Shown one piece after another: positions 9,901-19,233 of a DNA stretch of 64,000 bases (position 1 is the first letter of the stretch; the number at the start of each line of letters is the position of its first letter). The translations under genes were made by a program, and so were the position numbers. This DNA is from an uncultured bacterium (GTDB taxonomy: Bacteria; Krumholzibacteriota; Krumholzibacteriia; LZORAL124-64-63), in NCBI GenBank assembly GCA_963732385.1, contig CAVSZB010000006.1, positions 1-64,000 of the forward strand, written 5' to 3'. The notes under the pieces are model-generated. The model saw nothing but the letters and a program-made list of their open reading frames with translations, was not told the origin of the DNA and searched no databases.

Positions 9901-11009
9901 TAGGCATATACGAAGGCGAATTCGTTGTGCGTGAGGATCGCGCCCAGATCCGCCGACTTCGTATTTGTCGGAATGTAATGGCCAATACCGAACGCCGGCC
10001 AGCGGTCAATGTCGTTCTGGAAGACGGTCATGCCGGCTTCCTCCATGGCGGCGACGTATCGGTTGTGCCCCATGGCATCGATCGCCAGAACGACGATCTG
10101 GTGGGTCTCGCCCAGAACCTGCAGAGCCCGCCAGAGGCGAAGCTCGCCGGAGGCGATGTCGGGCATCACCGGGAACTTGGCAATGACCAGCGCTTTGGGC
10201 TTGCCGTTGGTCAATACATCGAAGTATCCGCGTCGGTGCCTGGTCCGCAGCACCTCGCCCCACTTCTTCAGGAACTTCGACCTGTTGACGGCCTGCCACT
10301 TCTTGGCGCCTTTGGTAATGTCGACGCCGGCGGTTGCACCCTCACGGTGGAACACCGCTGACCGCGGCTCATAAACAACCCGATAACCGGCCTGCCTGAC
10401 CGAAAAGGCGAGATCCGTGTCTTCGTAATAGGCTGGCGCGAAATGCTCGTCGAGCTGTCCGCCCACGGAGTCGAGAGCGTCCCTGCGGATGTATATGCTG
10501 GCCCCCGAACAGTAGTCGACGTCCCGGCGCACGTTGTATTGCGGCAGAGTGGGGTCCTCGCCTTTGCCGATATTGGCGCCCGAGGCGTCCCGGTACACGA
10601 CGGAGCCGGCTTCCTGCAGCACCCCGTTCGGATAGATCAGTTTCGAGCCGACGATGCCGATATCCGGAGCCGAGTACGCCGTATCGGCGAGTGCCTCCAG
10701 CCAGCCGTCGGTCACGAGGGTGTCGTCGTTGAGCAATACCACATCATGATCGGGGTAGCGCCTGAAGACCGCGTTGTTTCCGAGCACGAAGCCTATGTTC
10801 TCTGAATGATGTACGACGTCTATCCGGCCCTTCAGGCTGTCGAGATATTCCCTGGTTCCGTCATGGCTCGCCTGGTTGAAAACGCAGACGCGGTAGTTCG
10901 GGTATTGGCGGTGGGCGAAGATGGACTGCAGGCAGTCTGTAATCAGCTGCCGATGATTCCAGGTAAGAATGGAGACGACCACGGGTCGTCTGTTCAGCGA
11001 CTCTTCCAT
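6951..11009 (-). CDS. Multidomain glycosyltransferase (GT2 + GT4-like + degenerate domains + TPR-like tail)
   Basis: VLLNDDT and YYEDTDL GT2 motifs; HRPNVDA…APLRYGAGMKGKVGEALAYGLPVVTT GT-B motif; helical TPR-like C-terminus. Confidence 0.9.
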   Translation of the reverse strand: MEESLNRRPVVVSILTWNHRQLITDCLQSIFAHRQYPNYRVCVFNQASHDGTREYLDSLKGRIDVVHHSENIGFVLGNNAVFRRYPDHDVVLLNDDTLVTDGWLEALADTAYSAPDIGIVGSKLIYPNGVLQEAGSVVYRDASGANIGKGEDPTLPQYNVRRDVDYCSGASIYIRRDALDSVGGQLDEHFAPAYYEDTDLAFSVRQAGYRVVYEPRSAVFHREGATAGVDITKGAKKWQAVNRSKFLKKWGEVLRTRHRRGYFDVLTNGKPKALVIAKFPVMPDIASGELRLWRALQVLGETHQIVVLAIDAMGHNRYVAAMEEAGMTVFQNDIDRWPAFGIGHYIPTNTKSADLGAILTHNEFAFVYAYFPDVGSVYLPIVRKIRPDLPFIVDSVDIVFLREWREIELKGDLAVASGFDRFRRLEIATYRNADTAVAVTDQDKAALLAHVPDANVGVLTNVHPAEDASPVRTGRTGLLFFGGYSHRPNVDAVVWLVREVMPLVWAQHPAIHVTLAGSAPNDEVYSLACDRVSVTGWVPHTRPYLDAALISVAPLRYGAGMKGKVGEALAYGLPVVTTTIGAEGMDLLNGRHALIADTAPEFAEAIIRLLDDATLWQQLSLNGRQHSDRQWGFEATRRQWHDIIAGLPSVRRPMRQDHFDLRREPWAFPARISGLRELALFAQDTEHLAERLGTFLRCMPPHTAYFLVIPPRHANLLVPWCEEHYIRYLLSSGAQPRDALQEAMHVSVADSLLFISSGILPHAFGVRALFDALDEMPAVSALMPEVSKLIKGEPWSAFRLRAHAMWTDGGQWRPQELDARCAAINLRAFDKHRTGTSASAPSDSDAFLRDRSFRNSSIVFADSLAKPLGVAAKRSYTRSPSRLTVALIASGNAPDLPDVMACYAEAAKHVPDGVEFIVPGNEMAAQLATSAGLRTTFVRVDGEGAGQAIERVLPLVATNRLMLATTCSRPSSGALLAHADQPLTDDSPFLLGGVREADQSFGTTDDMATKFSSPTLEFFTAPVVTFDVRALRLASRPSSLESLSGYLLRLFVDFPQARPERIDEASSACHYCSVPWQMPETERRRIANDLWTLSEVEAGDELSQLVNGVLRYGRLPAALGHAARELYEEMRTSEGGRNQGPVITGHSLRVHLFAMLTRAAILSFLTDRVDAMGPARHKQLLGHRLPNRALFTGFATALASVLKAQWASYGGDRSAAEAFTAAAFEAAPDSPTAAFELGKLLVARGMPADAVPILERAIDGYRKHGNEELLSTGNPVSAGIFLCMAYLKLGDDATLESTATRIFRDNPVMAPDVKYAFYQILHASYLRPPIQKSKADTIARFMSWLRPSVMNP

Positions 11010-11270
11010 CGACCGATCCTCCGGATGCGCGGTCGTAAGCGATGCGAGACGGCGCTGGTCGTGACGGACGGCGGACCCCGGGCCCGCCCGGATGCATCCG
11101 CGTGGCCGGCATCACTTTCAAGCCTGGAAGATGCATAGTCAACCGCACATCCGATGCCGCGTATCGCGGTGAAGCCAGGTCAAAGGCAGGATGTCGTCGA
11201 AGGCGGGTCGCGCCGCAGTTTGCCGATGTCTGCAGAGGCAGGTTGGCCCTGATTGAGCGACTGCTTCCGG

Positions 11271-13103
<1,833 letters not shown>

Positions 13104-13301
13104 AAGGGCCTCCTCAGCGGACCGTGCAGACAGCCTACGGGCAGAACGAGGACACGATTGCTCGCTGACGAACGGCCGCGCCCCAAGAGGTGCGTCCGCA
13201 AGCTCTCATTGCCTAAAATCATCGGCAGCCACGGGCACGAAGTTGAGCGCGAAGAGCCGCATTCCGTCAGGCTGACTCGCGCGGAACCCCCTCGTTTCGT
13301 C

Positions 13302-15167
13302 CTAGCGCACCCGGATCCCCGCCTCACGCAGGAACTGGCTGGGCCTGCGCGCGCTGCAGACGATATCGAGCCGGGAGCGGGCCCGGGTCAGCGCCACGTA
13401 GAAGAGACGGCGCTCGTCTTCGAGCCCCCCCTCGCCGGTCGGATCGCGCCGCAGGGTGCGGGCGAGCGGGAACTGTCCCTGGTCGGCGCCGAAGAGGATG
13501 ACGCGGTCCCACTCGCGCCCTTTGGCGCCGTGGACGGTGTTCAGCTCCACGGCCCCGATGCGGCCCTCCGACACCGCTTCCGGCCCGTACCCGCAGGCCG
13601 TGGCCACCGCGCGCAGGAGATTCCCGGTACGCGCCAGCACGGCGACCTCGCCGGGCGCCGCGCCCCGCAGCAGCTCGGCCACGCAGGCGGCGCCATACGT
13701 CGGGTCCGCCTGCGGCCACACGGCGATCTGTCCCGGCCGCCGCACGCCCGCGTGCAGCGGCTTGCGGAAGCGGCAGCGGTTGTGCCGGATGAGTCGCCGC
13801 GACGCATGGGTGATCGCCCGGCCGCAGCGGTAGTTGCGCACCAGCGGGAAGCGCTCGAGGCCCGGGTAGGTCTGGTCCAGCTCGATGACCCGCTGCACCG
13901 AGGCCCGGCGCCAGGCGTAGATGCACTGGTCCTCGTCGCCCACGCAGAACAACGAGTCGTGGGGTGCAGCCAGCAATCCGACCAGCAGCGCCTGCGCCGG
14001 CTCGATGTCCTGATATTCATCGACCAGCACCCGCTCGAACCGGGCCTGCCAGCGCTCGCGGGCGCGGGCATCGTCCTGCAGCAGCGCGATGGACTCGGCG
14101 ATCAGGTCGTCGAAGTCGTATGTCCGTTCGCGCTGCAGGCGCTGCTGGTACAGCGCGAAGGCCCGGGCCGCAGCGCGCGGGCGAGGCCCCTCGGTCGCCG
14201 CGCGATCCAGGGCGACCTCGGGCCGGATCATCAGGGCCAGCTTGAACAGGCTGACGGCCTCCTGCGCCGCCGCGGCATCGAAGCGGCCACAACCCGGCTC
14301 GGAGGCGGCGGCCAGCGCTGCCAGTTCCTGCCACTGGGCCGGGCCGAGGGTGCCGATCCGCTGCCGCAGGCGCCCCTCCTGCCTGAGGATGTGCAGACCC
14401 AGACCGTGGAAGCTGCGCACGCAGATGCCGTCGATGCCGCCGCCGGCCAGGCGGGAGGCGATTTCGAGGCAGGCGTCGCGGTTGAAGGTCGAGCAGAGAA
14501 TACGGTCGGCCGGCGTGCCGCGGCGCCGCAGCTCGCGCACCCGCTCGATGAGCACGGTGGTCTTGCCGCTGCCGGCCGGCGCGATGACCTGGACGACGCC
14601 GTCACCGGCGCACACGGCCGCGTTCTGTTCCGGATCCAGACGGGTCGCGGGCTGCGGTCGACTGTCGCCGTGCCGCGACAGGCGCCCGGCCAGGTTGTAC
14701 CACCGGGGAGCCGGAACCGGACCGGGCACCGACCGCGGGATCGTGTAGTGCGACACCAGATGGAGCAACCGGTCGAGCGTCCAGGGGCAGTTCCAATCGG
14801 GGTCGATGAACTCGTGCGAAGGCAGGTCGCGCAACTCACGCTCGGCGTGGACCAGCAGGGTACAGCCCAGCCGGAAGGCCGGTTCGATGAGGTAGCCGTG
14901 GATCAGCCGAAGGTCGTCGACCGTCTGACATGGCACTTCCAGCACGGCCAGCCGGGGGTGCTTCGCGTAGAGCGCCAGCAGGCGGGCCGCGGGATTTTTC
15001 AGCGACGAGCGAGTGTTGCCCCGCGGGCGCGCGGCAACCACCGCGGCGGCCAGGCGCCGAAAGCGGATGACGTGGTACCGCTCGCGGCGCAGATCGTCGC
15101 GGCGCGGCGGCGCGGTCACCCACCGCAGCTCGCGGATTCTGTCGCGGCACTCCCTCCGACCGTGCAT
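13302..15167 (-). CDS. UvrD/Rep-family SF1A helicase with N-terminal extension, lacking the 2B subdomain
   Basis: APAGSGKT, VLVDEYQD, VGDEDQCIYAWR, NYR, TVHGAKGREW, ERRLFYVALTRAR; start uncertain (ATG 15167 after AGGAG; frame open to TTG 15455). Confidence 0.9.
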   Translation of the reverse strand: MHGRRECRDRIRELRWVTAPPRRDDLRRERYHVIRFRRLAAAVVAARPRGNTRSSLKNPAARLLALYAKHPRLAVLEVPCQTVDDLRLIHGYLIEPAFRLGCTLLVHAERELRDLPSHEFIDPDWNCPWTLDRLLHLVSHYTIPRSVPGPVPAPRWYNLAGRLSRHGDSRPQPATRLDPEQNAAVCAGDGVVQVIAPAGSGKTTVLIERVRELRRRGTPADRILCSTFNRDACLEIASRLAGGGIDGICVRSFHGLGLHILRQEGRLRQRIGTLGPAQWQELAALAAASEPGCGRFDAAAAQEAVSLFKLALMIRPEVALDRAATEGPRPRAAARAFALYQQRLQRERTYDFDDLIAESIALLQDDARARERWQARFERVLVDEYQDIEPAQALLVGLLAAPHDSLFCVGDEDQCIYAWRRASVQRVIELDQTYPGLERFPLVRNYRCGRAITHASRRLIRHNRCRFRKPLHAGVRRPGQIAVWPQADPTYGAACVAELLRGAAPGEVAVLARTGNLLRAVATACGYGPEAVSEGRIGAVELNTVHGAKGREWDRVILFGADQGQFPLARTLRRDPTGEGGLEDERRLFYVALTRARSRLDIVCSARRPSQFLREAGIRVR

Positions 15168-15348
15168 CCTGGCGCCAGCTCCTGCGATCGTGCCCGCCGG
15201 ACTTGTGCACGGATCGTACCGCTCCTGCTGCCGGTCGCCGCGGGCGCGGGTCGAGCAGTGTCGACAGGGGATCTGGGGCGCGTATTCGCAGGGGTTGCTA
15301 CGGGAGCAAAAAGTGCGCGGCCCGGTTTGATCCGGCGCGGGTCCGAAA

Positions 15349-15454
15349 AACGGTTGCTGCCGTAGCAGTCTCTGCAAGGAAGGGCTCTGCACGCCCTTGC
15401 CATCCTCGCAGAACGGTTGCTGCCGAAGCAGTCTCTGTAAGGAAGGACTCCGCA
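15349..15454. repeat. Two 43-bp direct repeats with 63-bp period
   Basis: 15349-15391 vs 15412-15454, 39/43 identical. Confidence 0.9.
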
Positions 15455-15520
15455 ATCCCCTATCACCTCGACTGAGCGTCGGTGTGCGAGGTGATCGTGG
15501 GTGTCTGGACGGGTGTCCGG

Positions 15521-15553
15521 AAACAAGAAGCCCGGCCTGCGTGGCCGGGCTTC
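15521..15553 (-). terminator. Intrinsic terminator after the decarboxylase
   Basis: 11-bp stem GAAGCCCGGCC/GGCCGGGCTTC followed on the minus strand by TTGTTT. Confidence 0.75.
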
Positions 15554-15600
15554 CCGTTCTTCCGCGCGGCGCACCGCCGCACGATCAATAGCAGGCCGTG

Positions 15601-16941
15601 TCAGAGTTTGACGATGTCGATCAGGTAGTCACCGCCCAAAACGATGCGGTGCCACTCGCCGATCGTTTCGCCCGGGATCAGCAGGGGCCAGCCCGGGGGG
15701 CAGCTGGCGATCAGTTCGGCCGCGGTCCGGCCCTGGGCCGCCGCCACCTCGACGCGCTCGCGCGGCGCCAGGTGGGCCTCGCGGGGCGTCATCGCCATGA
15801 GGGGGGCGTTCATGCCGTGGCTCGCGCGCGGCAGGAAGCCGGGAGAGGCCGTCAGCTGCGGCTTCACCTGGCGGCACGCCCGCTCGAAACGCTTCAGATC
15901 GGCGAGCGTGTTAAGGAACGAGAAGATGAACAGCACGCCGTTGGCGTCGTGGAACTCGTGGTCCACGCCCGCCTCGTAGAACCAGCGCGCGAGCTGGTCG
16001 GAAGCGACGTAATCGGTTGTCAGGAAGAATTTCAGCGGATCCTGCACCGGCACCCCTTCGGGCACGTGGTAGCGGATCAGGCCGTCGCCGTTATGCTGGC
16101 GGCGCTTCACACCGGACAGCTCGTCGACGAGACGGGCGATCTGCACCGCGGTCTCGGGTGCGAAGAGCCGGTCGATCGCCTTCTCGACGCTCAGCATCAG
16201 CAGGTTGCTGACCGTGGTCGTCTCGATCAGGTCGAGGCCCTGGCTCATCTCGCGCGCGGTCAGACGCGAAGCGACCGGCAGGTGCACGAGCGCCGTCTGC
16301 ACGAGCGCGCCGGCATACTTGTGCAGGCTGTGCAGCACGATATCGACGTCGAAATTGAGCGCCGAAACCGGCAGCACCGGGCTGGCCACCCAGTGGGTGC
16401 CGTGGCTCTCGTCGACGACGATCTCGAGGTCGTGGCGTCGGCAGACCTCCACGCAGGCCGGCAGATCGACGCTCCACCCCTCGAAGGTCGGGTTGGTGAA
16501 GATGATCGCCGTGGGCCGGTCTGGTCCGGCGGCGGCGAGCCGCGCTTCGAGTTCCTCGGGCGTGACGACGGCGCCCGCCGGCCGGATGAAGTCCACGCCC
16601 AGGCCGCTCAGGATCAGTCCATTGACCATCGATTTGTGGCAGTTGCGCACGATGTAGACGCTCTTGTGCCGGCGCGCGAGCGCCAGCACCGAGGCGAGAC
16701 ATCCGGACGTAGTGCCGCTCGTCAGGCAGATCGTCTGCTTGGTGCCGTAGAGCGCTGCGATCCGTGCCTCGAACGCCTTCAGGTCGCGCCGCGTGAAGTA
16801 TTTCACGTCGCGCGCCACGAGCGTTGCGGGCAGGAGCCGCTTCTCCATGCTGCGGCCCTGGTGGGCCGGCGTGTGCAGGTGCAGGCTCACCACGGGTCGC
16901 TGGTCGATCATTTCCGCGAAGGAGGCGTGGAGCTTAGCCAT
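15601..16941 (-). CDS. PLP-dependent Orn/Lys/Arg decarboxylase family protein
   Basis: HTPAHQG, SGTTSG, RNCHKS, TNPTFEG, VDESHG, HSLHK (PLP lysine), PPGWPLLIPGE C-terminal domain. Confidence 0.9.
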   Translation of the reverse strand: MAKLHASFAEMIDQRPVVSLHLHTPAHQGRSMEKRLLPATLVARDVKYFTRRDLKAFEARIAALYGTKQTICLTSGTTSGCLASVLALARRHKSVYIVRNCHKSMVNGLILSGLGVDFIRPAGAVVTPEELEARLAAAGPDRPTAIIFTNPTFEGWSVDLPACVEVCRRHDLEIVVDESHGTHWVASPVLPVSALNFDVDIVLHSLHKYAGALVQTALVHLPVASRLTAREMSQGLDLIETTTVSNLLMLSVEKAIDRLFAPETAVQIARLVDELSGVKRRQHNGDGLIRYHVPEGVPVQDPLKFFLTTDYVASDQLARWFYEAGVDHEFHDANGVLFIFSFLNTLADLKRFERACRQVKPQLTASPGFLPRASHGMNAPLMAMTPREAHLAPRERVEVAAAQGRTAAELIASCPPGWPLLIPGETIGEWHRIVLGGDYLIDIVKL

Positions 16942-18244
16942 AGTATTTCGCCTCCAGGGGGGCGATCGGGCGCGCGATCTGATCGAGGGCGATCCCGGCG
17001 CGAATCGCCAGCAGGACCCCGGCCGCCTCGGGATAGCTCTTCACCCGGATGATGCCGGGGTGATCGGCCAGGCCGAGGTCCGCGGGGGAGGTCCCGAAGG
17101 CGGTCCGGTTGTTCTCGATGAGGATCACCGGCACGCCCCGCTCCAGGCAGAGGAAGAATGGCAGCCCCCCGACCGCGGTGGCCGGCAGCACCATGGCCGC
17201 CAGGTCCTCGGTCGAGATGACGCCGGGGTCGCACGACGGCCCGCCGCTGCGCGGCTGCGGCCGCGGCGAGCGGTGCAGCCCCTTGAGCACCGACCCGATA
17301 TAGGTGGACGAGATCAGCTCCGACGCGTCCCGCGGATCGCCGAGGGTGCCGAGCATCGCGTTGGCGACGTCGCCCAGCAGCGGCCCATGCGTGATCGGCA
17401 GCGGGAAGAAGGTCGTCATGGTGTGCGTCAGGATCGCCTCGGCGCCACCCCACGGGTTCGGGATGTCCTGCTGTTTGTAGTAGCGCTGACGCAGGGAGTC
17501 ATCCATCAGCAGTTCGCTGGCGATGCAGATCGCCTCCGCCGACTCGGCCAGCTTCTCGATGCCCGTGAAGCAGGACTCGAGGTCTCCAAACTCACCGGTG
17601 GCCTGGCCATACTCCGAGAACACGCAGGTGATTTCAAACGGCTTGCGCGCGACGAGCACCTGCGAAATCGGCAGACCCCCGACCGTCCGCATCGCCTCGA
17701 TGCAGTTGATCGTATTGTGCAGGAACTTTTCCTCGGCCGGCGTGCCGACCAGCACCGCGATCTCCCGCGGCGGCACGTCCTGCAGGTCAAGATTGCCCAA
17801 CAGGAAGTGACAAAACAAGTTGCCCTCGAGGCAGCGCACCTTCGGCCCGGCGTGATACAGGTCGGCGGCGGTGATGGCGTTCGGGTTCGTGAGCACCAGG
17901 TCGGCCGCCTCGGCCAGCAGGTTCGTCACGGGCACGCCGTCGCCGCAAAAGCCGCCGAACTCCGCCCGCACGCCCGTGGGCACGATATGCCCCACAACGA
18001 AGCGCGCGCGGCGTTTTCCGACCGACGTATTCGGTTTCAGCAGGGAGCCCCAGACCTGTCGGCGATGGGTGGCGACGGAACTGGCCTCGAACCAGAGCCT
18101 GTCACCGTCGGCCTTGACCACGATGACCCGGACCGGCACATGACCCTCGGGGATCGACTTCGAAAGTTCCTCACCAATGCGGGTCCAGGACCGTTCTTTG
18201 GGAGGGAGCTTGACCACGCTTACGTGGCTGGAGACAGTGGCCAT
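16934..18244 (-). CDS. DUF3326-like protein
   Basis: IVPTGVRAEFGGFCGDG, LTNPNAITAA, NPWGGAEAILTH, DPRDASE, GLHRSP motifs recalled for DUF3326; AAAGGAG RBS before ATG 18244; 8-nt overlap with the next gene. Confidence 0.75.
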   Translation of the reverse strand: MATVSSHVSVVKLPPKERSWTRIGEELSKSIPEGHVPVRVIVVKADGDRLWFEASSVATHRRQVWGSLLKPNTSVGKRRARFVVGHIVPTGVRAEFGGFCGDGVPVTNLLAEAADLVLTNPNAITAADLYHAGPKVRCLEGNLFCHFLLGNLDLQDVPPREIAVLVGTPAEEKFLHNTINCIEAMRTVGGLPISQVLVARKPFEITCVFSEYGQATGEFGDLESCFTGIEKLAESAEAICIASELLMDDSLRQRYYKQQDIPNPWGGAEAILTHTMTTFFPLPITHGPLLGDVANAMLGTLGDPRDASELISSTYIGSVLKGLHRSPRPQPRSGGPSCDPGVISTEDLAAMVLPATAVGGLPFFLCLERGVPVILIENNRTAFGTSPADLGLADHPGIIRVKSYPEAAGVLLAIRAGIALDQIARPIAPLEAKYYG

Positions 18245-18581
18245 CGGACTCCTTTGATCGGGTTGTGCGTTGACCTCATCATCCCGCCCTGCGGGCGGAC
18301 GAATGGCGCCATACAATATGCAGACTAACCGGCACCGCCCAATATTATTTTCATCGCCCGGGAATTTTCTTCCCTGAGCGGAAAGTGGCGGCCGTGGCAG
18401 ATCGGCGGCGGTCGCGACCGACCCTGCCGCCGCCCCCGCCAGCGTCATCGCCGCCCGCCGGCGACGGCTCGACACTACGCCGCGCCGGCGCTACCCTGCC
18501 CTGTGCGGAGGTGGGTCGCCGCCAGCCGGGACCCGGAGTCTGATGCCGCAGTTCATTCCCGATCGCGAGGAGAGACCAGCC

Positions 18582-19091
18582 ATGGCCGAGATCACGCTCA
18601 AAGGAAACAAAATCCACACCGCCGGCGCGCTGCCGGCCCGGGGCGCTGTCGCGCCCGATTTCAAGCTGACCCGCGGCGATCTGAGCGACGTGTCGCTGCA
18701 GGATTTCGTCGGGAAGAAGCTGGTGCTGAACATCGTGCCGAGTCTCGACACCGGGGTCTGCGCGGCGTCGGCGCGCCGCTTCAACCAGGAGGCGACGGGG
18801 CTGGGCGGCGCGCTCGTCCTGACGATCAGCAACGACCTGCCGTTCGCCCAGGGCCGATTCTGCGAGGCCGAGGGGATCAAAGACGTCGTGATGCTGTCGC
18901 AGCTGCGGGACCGCGCCTTCGGCCGGGCTTACGGCGTGGAGATCGTGGACGGCCCGCTGGCGGGGTTGCTGTCGCGCGCCGTGGTGGTGCTCGACGCGGC
19001 GCACAAGGTCGTCCACACCGAGCAGGTGCCGGAAATCGCCCAGGAGCCCGACTACGCGCAGGCGCTGGCGGCGGTGAAAGCACTGGCGTGA
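18582..19091 (+). CDS. tpx: Thiol peroxidase (atypical 2-Cys peroxiredoxin)
   Basis: PSLDTGVCAAS, DLPFAQGRFC, EQVPEIAQEPDY. Confidence 0.95.
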   Translation: MAEITLKGNKIHTAGALPARGAVAPDFKLTRGDLSDVSLQDFVGKKLVLNIVPSLDTGVCAASARRFNQEATGLGGALVLTISNDLPFAQGRFCEAEGIKDVVMLSQLRDRAFGRAYGVEIVDGPLAGLLSRAVVVLDAAHKVVHTEQVPEIAQEPDYAQALAAVKALA

Positions 19092-19233
19092 CGGCGGCGT
19101 GCAACCGGCCGCGGATCCGCCGCGTATGACGATGGTTCGCAGCGGTCCTCCCGACGGCCTGACCACCCCCAGGGGGTCGGGCCGTTTCCCCGTTCGAACC
19201 GCGTTCCACCACTCCAACGTGAGGAGGAGCAGC

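Noticed and set aside
15349..15454. CRISPR array or SAM-I/glycine riboswitch
   Set aside because: Only two repeats with a 20-nt gap and no cas genes; AGAG…GCAACC recalls SAM-I, but the pairing GGUGC strand and the rest of the core are absent.
15349..15591. Plus-strand Cys-rich peptide repeat NGCCRSSLCKEGL as a RiPP precursor
   Set aside because: In-frame TGA at 15328-15330 and no start codon before the first copy; no modifying enzymes nearby.
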